DNA of 63,346 nt, counting the filler, from Reticulomyxa filosa (Eukaryota; Protista; Foraminifera), in assembly GCA_000512085.1 (NCBI GenBank). It is 18 parts of 18 records of this genome, joined end to end, with 100 filler letters (N's around TTAATTAATTAA, not from the genome) between each part and the next. Parts side by side here need not be neighbours in the genome. Positions count along the whole stretch, not along the records: positions 18,886 to 25,635 come from ASPP01019119.1; positions 25,736 to 27,338 come from ASPP01018999.1; positions 27,439 to 32,971 come from ASPP01020011.1; positions 33,072 to 34,499 come from ASPP01041550.1; positions 34,600 to 39,521 come from ASPP01036862.1; positions 39,622 to 43,954 come from ASPP01018585.1; 12 more parts are not named here. One strand, given 5' to 3'. The notes beneath the pieces were generated by a model. That model searched no databases. It saw only the letters and a program-made list of their open reading frames with translations, and was not told the origin of the DNA. Below are positions 25,280-39,872 of this stretch, piece by piece (position 1 is the stretch's first letter; every line of letters starts with the position of its first letter). The position numbers and the translations under genes were made by a program.

Positions 25280-25635
25280 ACATACAAAGGAATTCGTCCA
25301 AGTTTGTCTGTGTATAATTTATTGTACAAAATAATTATTAGACCGTCCTTGGAGTATGCATGTGCATTCTGGAATGAGCAGCAGAATCTCACAAGAAAAG
25401 AATTGAAAGGATACAAAGAATTGCAATGTGAAGTAAAGATAAGTTGGAGATGAAAGTTATCTACATTATCAAGGGCATATATTCATGAATCTGAAGTTGG
25501 AGTTCCGACGCAAAGTCTGATCAATATCCACACCAGAGTAAATTGCCAATGCAGATCGCACGATTACCACACACAACCAAGTCAAGAATTAAAATATGTT
25601 CAACAGAATCAAAGTGACAAAGATGAGCGAGTTGT
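25280..25635 (+). mobile_element. Degenerate non-LTR (LINE) retrotransposon fragment, RT C-terminal region
   Basis: LSVYNLLYKIIIRPSLEYACAFWN...HKKRIERIQRIAM matches the LINE ORF2 motif LYKxxIRPxLEY...W...LERIQR; frameshifted. Confidence 0.8.
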
Positions 25636-27469
25636 NNNNNNNNNNNNNNNNNNNNNNNNNNNNNNNNNNNNNNNNNNNNTTAATTAATTAANNNNNNNNN
25701 NNNNNNNNNNNNNNNNNNNNNNNNNNNNNNNNNNNCAACCTAGAAAAAACTTATCATAAAACCAATTTCATATTTAAAAACTACAAGATTAGTAGATATT
25801 TTTTAAAAAAAAAATTAGGTTTAAATCTTTATTTTTCATGGAGAAAATCGATTCTCTTTGTATAGTACCATTTAGGTATGGCAGTTTTTTTTGCAATCTA
25901 CTGTATTTGTGTTTATTGTGGAATACAATCAATCAACTCACATAAATTATTTTACAAAAAAGGACTACAAGCCATACTAATAGTTTTTGTTTGCCTTTCT
26001 CAAGCAAATTTATCTTTTTATCATGTCTTTGGACTGGGTTTCTTTAAAATGAAGTTTCTAACAAAGAAATTAGTCTTTTTTGGAGGGGTATCCCTTGTTT
26101 GAATTAAAACAAATCAGCTTTGTACAAAGTGTTTGTTTTTCTATCGGCTGAAGTTGTGTTTCATACAATCCAGCAAACCATCCACCAAATTCTGTTATAA
26201 AAACTACAAAACAACTGCGTAAGCAGTAAGTAAGCTACAACAAAGTTCTTGTTTTGTTTTGCTTTTCGCATCTTGAGTTGTTCACTAAAAAAGTATGATA
26301 TAAACAGCAAATTTTTAGTGCCTTTGATATCCTGCATATTTATGCACTACAAAGTTGTTTTATTTTTTCAATGATAATCACCCTTTATGATTAAATTTAC
26401 AAACGCATACAAAACCACCAAAGAGAAAACTTTATGTATAATCAGTTGTTAGTCTGGTTAATGATAAAACACTCTTGTAAATTTAATAAACAATAAAATA
26501 AAAAATATAATGACTTTGGAAGATAATTTGATTTGTTATGCTCACTTTTACATAAAATGTAAGGTTGCAATAAAAAAATACAAGCAAAAGTTTGAAAAAA
26601 AACATTAAATGATGGAAATTTATACCGAATAATTATTTTTTACGATTTAGTATATGGTTTGAGTATATAATCCTTTTTCTTCAAAAAAAAAGGCGTCGAA
26701 GTACTTTGAAATACAAGAATATTGACAAAAAAAACAGTTATAATTTTTTATTGTTCATCGCATGCAACATTTGTTTTTGACTTTTGACAATGAGAAAAAA
26801 TACATGAAATTTACACCTGTAAATAATCAGATACTATTAAAGTTGTTTTTAATGTGTGCTAAATGTAAATGATACTATTCAATTGCTATATACTCTGAAT
26901 TTGTTTTTATTGAATTGATTATTTTCTACATGAATAAGAGGAAAATAAGCATAAAATTTCTTTTTGGAATGTGTTAAAGTGTGTTATAAACAGTTTATGG
27001 TATTGCAGATATAACAGGAGAGAAGTATATAGTCCTGTTTGAGGTTATAAGTAGGTGTGTTCACGTTTGGATTGAAATGTCCATAAAATACAAATGCTGG
27101 AATCATTTAAAAAGACAATATAAAAAAGTTATTGATATATTATGTGTAATTAGCTCCTTCAGACTGTGGAAGAAGAAAGCATTGGAAATCCCTCTTTTGC
27201 TAAAAAACTAAAATACAAGTACTTTATTTTTTTAACTAATCGGGGTCCCTTGCGCGATCATCGAGAAGTCCATTGTTTATCATTTTAAAAAAAGAACAAA
27301 CAACAAACATCCAAAAAGCGGTGATATTGAATGACAAGNNNNNNNNNNNNNNNNNNNNNNNNNNNNNNNNNNNNNNNNNNNNTTAATTAATTAANNNNNN
27401 NNNNNNNNNNNNNNNNNNNNNNNNNNNNNNNNNNNNNNTACATATATGCATATATGTATATGTATTACA

Positions 27470-28244
27470 TATATACAAGTTTGAGACCGACTTAAGTTTG
27501 GGCAAAATGTCAGTAATGAAATTTTTCAAGTCCCATCGGAAATGTCTGTGAGCACAAGGGTGATCATACCCTTGCAAAGTTTGAGTAATACCCCCAGCCA
27601 ACGACCCCAGCTTGGATAGGAACTCAGGGGTATGCGGCACCAGGTTTGAGGTGGTCACATTTGGCATGAATTCGATACACATTACGCTGATCTGCTGTGG
27701 CGCTTGCGGTTGCTTTGGAGACGCGTCGCTTTTTGTTTTTGTCTCGCCATGCCGGTAAAATGTTAATACGTAGTCGTTATGGATATCGATGGTTATTTCG
27801 GCCTTCTCTTTACGTCCATCTTTTAACGTGTCACACTTTGCTGCGTTCTTGTCGTGTATACGTATTGGTGTGGGAGTTGGTATGTTGTGTTCCAGAAAAC
27901 GGGTCATTATTCTGTTCGTAGTTCATTTGTAATGTTGTTGATGTCACTGCTTTGTTTTATTTTTTTTATTTATTTATTATTGCTTGCGTTTGATGCCATA
28001 ACTCTACATGCATAGAAAACTGCGCTGGGGGATTCACAATGGAACATTTGATCACCAATGATGGACGCGATCGTTCCTTGTTCACTATCACAAAGTTTTT
28101 GTCTTCATAAGAAAAAAGCGTGTCAACACGCTCAACCATTGATTCCTTGATACCATATAAATGTGCTAACAACAGAACATCTTCTTGCGCTACTTGAGGA
28201 ATATTTGATTCTGTCTCTTCTTCAGCTTCTTCTTTTGTTTCCAT
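27470..28244 (-). CDS. Aminoglycoside phosphotransferase / hydroxylysine kinase-like protein, 5' part
   Basis: LYGI...LFSYEDKNFVI...VIK; after an intron IPTPTPI...IEFMP...LGSLAGGITQTLQGYDHPCAHRHFRWDLKN. Confidence 0.75.
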
Positions 28245-28566
28245 GTTTATTATATTTATTATATCAAATTTTTCCCCTACGGGGACTGTTTTTTTTTTTT
28301 GCTCATCTGAGCGCAGATGAAAACTATTGTTTATTTCTCGTTTTTAATGAAGGCGAAAAGTACTTTTTAGAAACAATTGAAAAAAAAATACTAGACTTTG
28401 TGCTTTAGTTTTGCCCCCTTCCCACTAATCGTTGTTCTTTCCAAACTAAAAAATTGTGGCTACACGTTCCACTTCAAAAAAAAAAATACCAAGGGCAGGT
28501 CGTGAAAAGTGAAAACAAAATTTCAAGAATTTATTCCTAAATTTTTCACCATTACTGTAATATCAT

Positions 28567-30766
28567 ATGCCTTTTGGTTGGTTTAAAAAATCAGAAAAAA
28601 AAAAGTGACAATGACAGTCAAAATGAAATAAAAACGAGTGAAGAAATCGATAAGCGAATGAACAAAGAAAAAAAAGCAGCGAAGCGAACACTATCACTTT
28701 TGCTGTTGGGTGCAGGAGGGTGTGGCAAAAGTAAGAAATGGACCAAGAAAAAAAAAGGGGGGGGGGAAGAGGAGGGAAGGAAAAAAAAAAAAGATAGATT
28801 GATTGTATTGTTGGTCATTTCAAGAGAGGGGGGGGGAGGGTGGAAGAACAAGAACGTGTCAAAAAAAAAAAAAAACCAACAAGAATAATACAATGCACAA
28901 ACGCATCTGCAAATATTTTAGGCACAGTGTTCAAACAAATGCAAAATATGTATGACGGGGCAATTGCAGAGAATGACATAGTGATAACAACGAGTGCAGT
29001 TCGAAAGCAAGTGCTCGATGACATAATCGACCTGTGCCGATCGAACATTGAACTTCAAGTGTCAGAAAAGGCATGTCGCATCGAGGATGAAAAGTGTTGT
29101 GAAATCCGTGACCGCTTTGCGTCTTTGTTTGGAAAGATTACTGAAGATGTATCATTAACCATGGGAGTCGCACAAGATGTTCATCGCATATGGAAAGAAG
29201 TTATTGATTTTTTTTTTTTTTTTTACAAAAAAAAAAAAAAAGGGAAAGGAACATTCATATGCACACGTATAACTTTTTTTTTGTGTGTATTTATCTATAT
29301 CTATCTGTTCATTTTAAACAATTGGCTGAACTTGAACTTTGGGGTGGGGGGACCCCCAATACAGAGCGCAATGCAAAGAACATTTGCTATCCGTAGTAAA
29401 GCCCATGTGATGGACAACACGCCCTATTTTTTTGATAAAGTCTTGGAAATTGCGTCGCCCAGATACAAGGCCAATTTTGATGACCATGTCCGTGCAACGT
29501 ATACTTTGTGTGAGGCTGCTCAGTACAATGCTCGCACATACATATATGTATACACATACACACATACACACCTCACAGGTTCGAGTTCGTCTACGGACCA
29601 CTGGAATTGTCCATGCTGCATTTCAAACCATTTTCCAACAGCAAAAATGGATCATTCAAGTCACTGACGTCGGAGGACAAAGAAATGAAAGAAAAAGTTT
29701 ATTTACATACAACATACATACATATATATATGTATATATATATATGTATGTATGTATTATATATATATTATTTACAAAGTTATATCAGCTGTTATAATAG
29801 TTGTTTGTTTGTGTGTGTGTGTGACGGGGGTGTTTGATTAGATGGATCAATGTGTTTGCTGGAGTAAATGCAGTAATATATGTAATGTCTTTGAACGGAT
29901 ATGACAAAGTATTGTTTGAAGACAACACGCAAAATTGTTGGGATGAGACGTTCCAATTGTTTGGCAATGTCACGGCATTGAAAGAATTTAAACAGACAGA
30001 TTTTATTGTGTTTTTGAACAAATCAGGTCAAAATATCTTTACAAACATGTTTTTTTTTTTAATATCTCTTTTGAGTTTTGTGGTTCAAAGAGAAGCGGAA
30101 AGACGGTGGTGATGCAATTATATACGGAGGAAGAAAGAGGAGGAGGGGAAGGGAGGCATGGAGACAGTAAGTGCGAACAACGTCAAACTAAAAACAAAAA
30201 AACAACATAACAGACTTGTTTACGGAATTGATTCAAAAAGTACCTTTCAGTGCGTATTACAAAGAATGCCCGACCGACGAAAGACACAATCCAACCTATG
30301 TCATCGACTATGTTGAGGCGGAACTCATACAACGGTTTTCTCAAACCTCGGATCGTCCAAAAGAAAAAATGTCCGCCATGAATCTCAAAACGAAAGAGGA
30401 TATCATCGGTGAGGAACCACAACGCGCTTTACATGTCCACGTTACTTGTGCCACTGGTGTGTGTTTTTATTTACAATGCTTTATTTTGCTTCTCATCATC
30501 TGCGGTACAATTCTTATGGCATCTCTAGCACATATACATAAATCAATTCACAATCACTTCTTTTTTTTTTTTTTTTTTTTTTTTAAATTTGCTCCTCTTG
30601 TCATCGCTGCTCTCTATTTGGAAAACAAATGCTGAGTAATCAAAACATACCTACTATACCGCTGGTACTACACATATGAATAGACCAAGGGCAAATCGAG
30701 GCTGTGCTAAAAATGATACAATTTGAAACGCTAAAAGCTCGATTAAAGAAGGCCGCAATAATGTGA
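28567..30766 (+). CDS. Heterotrimeric G protein alpha subunit, multi-exon
   Basis: LLLLGAGGCGKS, VFKQM, RVRLRTTGI, DVGGQRNERK, WINVF, IVFLNK, TCAT(D); A-homopolymer frameshift near 28600. Confidence 0.92.
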
Positions 30767-31364
30767 GAGGAGAAGGAAAGAGGAAGGGATACGCGTTGCA
30801 AAAAAAAAATAAATAAAATATTTTCCGGTATTAAACAGTAGTCAACAACGAAGAAGTTGTGGTTTTTTTTCTCATCCACTTACGGATAGTTGTAATTTGT
30901 GTCACTGTTTGTTTGTTTTTTTTCTTATCTCAAATTTCAACATTGAAAATTGTGATGATTTTAAAATATGTCCAATAAGGTTTTATTGAAACCCAGCAAA
31001 AAAAAAAACACTGATGTGTGCTCGTTGATTAAAAAAATGTCGATGTGAGCTTGTGTTTGTTTATATTTAGTGTTTTCCTTTGAAACTTTTTTGTTAAGAC
31101 TGAGCGTTTCTGAAACATGTATTTTGAGAGTTGAAAGAAATTGCACTATTCTAATTTCTTCCTTCTATTAGAGTCGACCACGTGCCAAAAAACATCTCAA
31201 TGATGTGATACGTTTTTAATCCGATGTGAATAGGGCATTTGCTTTTTTACAAAAAAAAGTAAAATAAATTACTTTTAAAAAAGAGCTGTGTTTAGACTCA
31301 AAATTTTATTGTGACGTCCCCCTCTTTTGCAAAATCGGGAGTTGTACAATTGTAAACCAGAAAG

Positions 31365-31917
31365 ATGTTATTTTTTCGTCCTGGAGCATCTCAGCGCGTC
31401 TTAGATCCGAATGTGCAAAACGAAGGTGATCAGGGAATTCCAACAGCACCGCGGACTGTTGCCAAGAACACGGGCCAGGAACAAAAAACGCGACATAAGG
31501 GACGCCGTCCATTTGGCGCAGATCTAACAAACACTTCTCTTCGTGTGAATAATCCCTCAGAAAATGGAGCGCATGATGTTTTGAAGACAGCCCATGTGGA
31601 TCACCGAAGGTCAAAGCGAGAGATACTGCCAACACCAGACTGGTTTCGCAAAGAATCGAAGCCTTTGCGTTTGGACAGTGTATTGTTATTAGACGAAGAT
31701 GGGGACGTGATGATGACAGGTTTGACTAAAGACAAGGCCAACATCGAAGCCGATGTTACGTTTTGTACTGAAATGGGGCCAAAAAAAGGAGATGAATGGA
31801 TGCCGTCAGTAAGTAAAGAAGTAGAACAACAACTAAACGATGCCTTTGATGCTATTGCCAAGTATCGTCGCCCTTTTACTGTCAATCAAGACAGTTTATT
31901 TTGCCCTCTTTCTATTG
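31365..31917 (+). CDS. Hypothetical protein, possibly continuing in exons to ~32330
   Basis: 185-codon ORF with coding-like composition; no domain recognised. Confidence 0.45.
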
Positions 31918-34900
31918 GTTAGATTTACTTTTCCAAAAAAGAAAACGTGAAAAATAAAATAACCTTTTTTGTTTTAGAAATGGGTTGTATGTTTTAATTT
32001 TTTCGGACTTTTTAATTTTTTTAAAACAATATAGAAGAAGATGTTATGGAAAAAGTGTCAGAAAATGAAATATCTGTTTATGACGGAAAAAAAAAATGGA
32101 GAGCTGTATATCATCATTGATAACTGAAACACTTGAAGTGGGAGACATGGAGGACGCAGATGCGTTTTTACAAGAACTTCTTGACAACCATTGTGACATC
32201 CCTTATGCTGATAACTTGGAATTGGCCAATGGGCATGTCATCACTTTGGTAGAAACTATTTCCGGTGGAGACAGATGGTAATTTTGTGCACTCAAAACCA
32301 TCTTGTCCAATGGAGTGAGCACGAAAATATAAACAAACCATAATCACTCACAGTTGTTTTTCTTTTTTTTTTCTTCTGCTTACTCCGTTATTTAATGCAA
32401 GTAATCAAATTTTATTTTTTTAATAAAAAAAGGAAAGATTTACATTCAATGTTCACCCAGCCTTGGAATATGTAACAAATACAATAGTTTGTAAGAAATT
32501 GAACCTTGAATATCACCTTATGAAGATGATTTTCTCAATGAAAGACAACTTTTCAAATTTTTTGCACAACAACACTAAAGTTGTTCGAACTTGGCCCGGT
32601 AGTTTTATTAATGTTCACAAAAAAGGTAATAAATCCCAAAACACCAAAGAAAGAAAAAAACACAAACACACCATTACCATCACGTTTTAAATCAAAATAT
32701 TCACGATCCAAGTGTCCCCAGCTCGTCCACTTTTTTTTGGAATTCTCTCGACAGTTTGCGGTAGATTTCATGTGCTTTTTCATAATATTCAATTGCTTAG
32801 TTATATTGTTTGTTCCCGTAATACGATTGTCCTAACCCTCAATATGACCAAAATACATCCAAATGATTAGTTTCAAAAATGTTTACTCTTTTGCAAAGAT
32901 TTCATAATTTTTTATTGCTTTATTAAATTTTTCTTTATGAATGTATTGTTCCTAAATTATAGTATAATTATNNNNNNNNNNNNNNNNNNNNNNNNNNNNN
33001 NNNNNNNNNNNNNNNTTAATTAATTAANNNNNNNNNNNNNNNNNNNNNNNNNNNNNNNNNNNNNNNNNNNNACCCACAATGTAAAAAAAATAAACCACAA
33101 TCATATTTGATTATGAATATTCTCGTTTGTCATTTTTTGCAAAAAATAGCTGATATATTCTATGATTGAATCTGATCATGTGTATGAAGAGATTTTTTTT
33201 ACATTAAACGAGAAAAACCGAAAAGTAATAAATAATAACAACAATCATTTTTCACTCCCCTCCAATTCAAAATTTCAAAATTCATCCTTTAACCTTTGCA
33301 AATCATGCTGTCGTAAATAGCAAGGTAATTATACATTTTCTACTTGTGTAACATAACGGTCAGTTCCTAATGTTTTGAAACAACAATGTACTTTTTTCCT
33401 GTTCGTTCTCCCATCTGCATCGAGCATGCAAATCGTTTTCAAATAAAAAATCAAAGTAAAATTATGACCAAAGTTTTTACTTTTTCTTTCAAAAAATCAC
33501 ACGAATAATTAAAATCTTTTTGAGAGTTCATCAAAATTCTTTGCTTTTGTGAATAAATCTTCATCTTCCAGAATTCTTCCAATTACAAAATATTTCTTTT
33601 GTAAAAAAAGTTGTTTTCAAATGATAGAATATTTTACAACCACATTATCAAGATTACCAATTTCATAGCCTTATATTTATCAAATTTGAAAAAAACAGTC
33701 CTTTTTCACTTTTGCCTGTTTGTACGATGACACTATTTCGGTTGTTACAGCAATGATATCCAATTTATAATTAATGCGTGATGAAAATGTGATAAAATTT
33801 TTGGAAGAAAAAATGACTAATTATAATCAATTTTACAGACAATTACCAATGAAATGTATGACGTTATTATAAAAAATTGAAAGCAAGAACGATTTGTAAA
33901 AGATACAGTATGTATTATTTCATATGTACAAAATGTTGTACAACATCTTTTTGTTTGGTATACAGCAAACAACAAAATATTATGCAGCTTTTCTCTCGTA
34001 ACACCTTTCAACAAGAAAGAATGAAGCAAAAATGGCCAGGAAGCACAATTAGCTTTTAGAACTTTTCAGTCTGATACAAATCAGTACTTGCGTAAAAGAA
34101 TTTAAAGACAAGTAAGAACATGACAAAGAAAAAAATAAAAATTTGGAACTAGACCCTTTTTTTAAGCGCTTTCTTAGTGAATTCGGAACAAAATTTCATA
34201 GTAAAAGAATGAATTTTCATTGGTTTAATCGTGTACCGGCAAATTGCATATCAACTTTTTTTGATAAAAAATGAAAATAAATATTATGACAAGAATGTGG
34301 ATCATTTTTAATTTTTTTTGAACATATTTTTTAAAATAACCTTTCTTCAAATAAATAAAAAGTATTTTTTGATTAAATAATGACATTAATTCAGTTATTA
34401 AATTATCGATCGATTTTATCAAATCAAATAATAAATTGAAAAACTTGTTACAAGTGGGAGCGCAGTTCAATTTTTTTTTACTTTGTGAATTTTGTCTTTN
34501 NNNNNNNNNNNNNNNNNNNNNNNNNNNNNNNNNNNNNNNNNNNTTAATTAATTAANNNNNNNNNNNNNNNNNNNNNNNNNNNNNNNNNNNNNNNNNNNNA
34601 ATTCACAAAGCACACATTTACAATAAAATGTGTAAGTGGAAGCGATCATCATTGCCATTTATTACTTTTCCTGTTGGCAATGTTTATGTATTTCAAAGAT
34701 CAATTTCAATTTATTAATCACGCTATTTTGGCAGTCCGTGATGTACATTTTCCTGATTTGCATTCAAATCTAAAATGAGGTAAAAGAGATAATTGAAAAT
34801 AAAAAGGAAAAAAAGAATGACTAATTCTATTCTATAACAATCGAAGACAATAATGATTTGAATTGTCCGAATTACAAAACATAAAAAAAAAACAAAGTGT

Positions 34901-36159
34901 TATAAAATGCATACAATTTCAGACATCAAAAAAAAAACAACTATTGTTTACAAAAATAATATTTAAAAAGATTATGGCAATGTTTATATGCGTTCCAAAG
35001 TCGTCGTATATCATTTGCTTTGCTTCTCCTGGTGTGGCAATAGCAGGCTTTGGAATAAGACCGAAACTTGGTGATGATGCAATCGAAAGTGTCTTTGGTA
35101 GCCGATACAAAAAGCGACAAGATAGAAGATAAATTAATATAATAGTGGCTCCAGACTAGACTATGGTGTCGACGTCACCTCAAATCTCAATGACGGGCAA
35201 TGGCAACGAAACGGACTCAATAGTAATGGAAATAGAGTGGATGCAGTATTCGTGGTCATGTTTTTTTTTACATTTAATAACTTTGTCATTGTTTATGTTG
35301 GGCCGTCGCTTTGTCTCGATTATGGATGGAGGCAAGTGGACCAGCATTGCTTCAACAAAAAATGATTGGCTGCGTTCGTGTTTGTGGTGGCGAGGTTGTT
35401 AATGTATTTTGTGAGATGGAGTGGCTCTTGGGAATACAGTCCATCATTCATTAGTTATTACTGCAACATTTGTATCGCCTGTGAACTTAACGTATTCTAG
35501 TTGTTGTAAAAACAAAAACAAAAACACAAATTAATTCAAATTGCTTAGAGAGAAAGATAAAAAGAATCAATGTATTTTTAACTTTAACTTTCTTGCGAAT
35601 GCATTCGAATCAACCAAGCCACCATTTCATGCCAATCTTATTTGATGATAGCAACAGATTTTTTACATTGAAAAAACAATCCAACAATCAATTGAATTGC
35701 AGTAATATTTTCCACCAAGCCAGCACGAAAGATATATCAATTATACCTTGGAAATACTTTCGTGCATCTTTGGTGTGTCAATATTGGAGGTCATACAGCA
35801 TAATTATATTAATACACGTTAAAGGAAGCAACAAATATTTGATCGGATTATGCGCATTGACGAGTTGAAGTGAATTGAGTAATCCATACATACTATACAT
35901 AACCACTCAAAGTGCTGATGAAACGGATTTCTTTTGTCATACTCTTTATTCACGTTATCCTCTTGCCTCTCATCTCTCTCAATAGCTCACATTTCTTGCA
36001 CGATTCATTGTCAGTTGTCATTCTTCTTCTTTTTCTTTATCCTCCTCTTTCTTTCATTACAAACCTACAATTAAATTATACATTCTCACATTGTTTTTAG
36101 TTAGGATATTTCACAACTGAAAATATAATAAAAATAACATATACCTTCAGATAAAGCTG

Positions 36160-36399
36160 CTATCCTTCGTGATTGGTCTTTTTGTATGCTATTCTTTTGA
36201 TTGTCCTGGAGTTGGTGGTATGCATTTTCTGTCTTGAATTTGGGTAATAGCAGGACTGCATGCCATGAAGGAATTCTCCACAGAATATGCATTTATTTAA
36301 ACTTTTCCTCTTTTCTTTGTCGCTCGCACTTACATTCGTTAAAGTTCTGATGAAGCTATCTTTCCTGAACTGTTGTATTATATTTATTGATTTGTGCAC
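36160..36399 (-). mobile_element. Gag-like remnant with CCHC zinc knuckle
   Basis: CIFCGEFLHGMQSC is an exact Cx2Cx4Hx4C at 36250-36291, inside a stop-riddled region. Confidence 0.5.
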
Positions 36400-39300
36400 T
36401 TACACAAACAATCCACTTTTGAGCCGTGATTGCGATAGACCAAGAAAACCCAAGCCGGACAACGATATAATTGCGCAGCGTCTTTTCATAGATTTGGTTC
36501 ATATTGTCTTTGTAATTTTTAATGACTTGTGGTATGTATAATATTTTGAGATTGGAAATGTAATTTTGAGTTGTCTATTGGATATCAAATGATCAATTGG
36601 TGGGGTATATTTCAAGATTGCTAATCATGACTCCAATTTACTTGTTTGCTGGACAGTGACTGGGCGTGTACAATTTGGAGACAATGGAATGTATGCAGTC
36701 TACTGTCGAAGGAGATCGAGTGGTTCACAAATAGTGCCAATATTATCTGCAAGCCGAGGATAAGGTTTCAATGCTTCAATTCACCATTCAAACCTTGACC
36801 ATTTATCCAAGATAGATTCTGCAATGCATACATATTATATACCGATTTTGCTCTGGACAACTTGTTAATAATATCAATTCTTTCATTGAACAATATTTTT
36901 GTTGCTTCAAATCTATTTTCACAGGAATAAAGTATCAACTGGATATTATTCAAGAAAGAAAAAAAAGCATTCAATCAAGTACATACTTATTCCAAACTCA
37001 CTTCGACGATTGATCTTTTTTCTTCTTTTGATTGCGAGATGAAAAGCGGTTAGATAAGGCGAACGTATTGAAGTGGATGTGCAAGAAGTGAATAATGACA
37101 TGTAAAACACAATCAACGATGTCACCATTTTATATATGCGTCAATCCAGTCACTGTTTCATTGTCTCCAACTTTGTCACGAACGCCGACACTTGTACATT
37201 TTGGCGTATAAAAATACACTGCACTGCAATTCAATACAGTAATTTCAAAATACAAATAATTTGCCTCCAATGCCACATCATTGCCAACTTTTGGGTTCTA
37301 TAACATTCAACCACATGGTATTATCATATACATTTTTTTAAACAAATACAAAAAAAAACTTACTTATCTACGTTGTTATCCCGCTCTGGATAATCACTTC
37401 AAATATTAAAAAAAATTAAAAATTAACATTTCAAATATCAATTTTTTCCTTTATTATCTTTTGTTTTTTCTTTTTCTTTATTATTTCTTTTTTATTATTA
37501 TTTTCTATCACTTTTTTCATTTCTTTTTTTCTTTTTCCTTTTTTCTTTTCTTTATTATCCTTTTTTTTTACTTATTACTACATTTTTTTCTTCAACCTTT
37601 TTTTTTCTTTACCCTTTTTTTCTTCGTCATTTTTTTCTTTTATTATTCCATGCTCTTTCCCCCCCCATTATTCTTAATTTTTCACTTTTTTCCAACTTCT
37701 TTTTAAATATAGATACCTGTACTGCCATATTTTGTTGCGCTAACCTATATGAAAACAAACAAAGTTACATTTTATTATCTTTTAAATAACAGACAAAAAA
37801 AGATATTTATAACTATATTGGACACAATCTTCATTATTGCCTTTTTTCCTATAAAGACACTAACAATATTTTTTTTTATGGATTGGACAAATAAACAAGT
37901 ATATATATGTTTTTTTTCTTTGATTGGGGAATCCTATTGAGCACACAAACACAAAACATTATATAACAAAAGAATATATATGTATACATAATAAGTATAA
38001 ATATAACAAACCATTTTTCCTAATCAAGGATACATGGGTAGATTCTAACCCACATTTTTCTTTTTTTCTTTTGTGTGAAGAGTAGGGAAAAAATAATTGT
38101 AACGAGCATTGCGGACGGAGGAACCTATGTTACACAACATACAACACAAAACACAACATTTAAACATATCTTAAAAAAAAGATGGATAGCACAAACCTTT
38201 ATTTCTCCTTTCGGAGACGGGGTGGTTCTACCCCGTATTTTTTTTCACAGCTGGTGGTCCTATGTAAATAACACAATATATTTACAATATGAACATAAAT
38301 AAAAAAAACAGGATTTACCTTCTATTGATGCTTTGCAAGCGCAAGTGCAATCTCGTATTGTACACAGCCGCACGTTGAAAAAATATGCTTCATTGTTGCC
38401 ATCAGTCCACTTACTCAATCATTTCTGCCATCGCTGCTCCATTTTATTCAATCTATACAAGCAATAACAAAATCATATCTTTATATTATTATTACAACAA
38501 CAAAGTAAAAATAACTTTACAAGGCAACATGGGTCAAATTTTGATTTGGAAATTGCTGTAAGTTTGTTTGGTGGCTATCAGCGAAATTTCCACAAATGGA
38601 TTGCGACGTTGTCAGGAGCATGATCAGTGTGCGGATGAGCTGTTTGTGTGAATACGGAGTGTGGAGTGATATCATAAGTGATATTGGATAGACCATGCCT
38701 TGTGGAAAGTAGCTCTGCTGCACAAAAAAGGATTTGCATCACTACTGACTTGCAATTCGATTGCTAGTCAATTGTATTATTGCACACATCCTCCTTTGCG
38801 CGAGCAGCGCTTCTACCACGTAAGGCAGGTGCTGATCCATGTAATGACACCGGCATTGAATCAAAAAATGCACTAGCAATTGTATGCAGTCGGACCACGT
38901 GGTCGTCCATGTTCCTTTTTTTTCGCAACATCGTACTGCATATACAAATTTTTTTTTTGTCTTTTAAAAAAAAGTAGTAAAAAAAAAAAACAAACCTAAC
39001 ATTGAAGTATCGAACAATATTTGAAAATGTTGGTCCTGATTGATTTGTGGCTTGGCGATAGCAATTTGTTGATACATGACGAAGTTGCACATGTTGACGA
39101 CAATAACTTGGAGGGGACGTTGGACTTTGATAAATTTGGCTTGAAATTTATTTTGATTGGATCGAGATATGTTGTAAAAGGCAGAATTGCTAAAATTGTA
39201 TATATTATTTATAGCCAAATTCGGCGCTCGAGCAATCGTGGTGCGTGAGCAATCTATCACCAGCCATGCATCAAATGTTATTTGCATTCCTGGCTGCTCA

Positions 39301-39621
39301 AACCATTTGCAACCCCATTCGGCTGTGGTGTGCTTATCATTACTATTACACCCACCTCTACTTCAATACTCGCACATAAGCTATGTTTGTTTTTTTAAAA
39401 AATCTATTTTAAATCAAATCCACCATACATACAATACATCCTCCCCCCTTACTTTTTCTTACTATACGTAAACATACCTTTTTTTTTATAAACATTTTTT
39501 TTTTTCATTAGACTTTTATCANNNNNNNNNNNNNNNNNNNNNNNNNNNNNNNNNNNNNNNNNNNNTTAATTAATTAANNNNNNNNNNNNNNNNNNNNNNN
39601 NNNNNNNNNNNNNNNNNNNNN

Positions 39622-39872
39622 ATTGTGACAAAGCGTTTTCCAGGTTTGATATATTACATTGCAATGTCTTTTCCTTTTTTTTTTTTTTGAAAGAGAGACT
39701 TTTATCAATAACATACCAAAAAAATAGGAAGTGGACTTTGACATTACATCTGCAAGGACATAATCCAAAGCAAGAGCAAACGCGATTTGAATGTTCCGAA
39801 TGTCATCAAACATTCACACGAAAGACAAATCTCACAAGACATGTGCGAATTCAACATTGCTTAAAAAAATAA
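39622..39872 (+). CDS. C2H2 zinc-finger protein, 3' end
   Basis: CDKAFSR / intron / KWTLTLHLQGH...FECSECHQTFTRKTNLTRHVRIQH. Confidence 0.85.

Noticed and set aside
37440-37710. Phe-rich 81-aa ORF
   Set aside because: It is a translation of a T-rich low-complexity tract.
38330-39400. Coding-like minus-strand region
   Set aside because: It has stops and frameshifts and no recognisable domain; probably a pseudogene, but I cannot support a product call.
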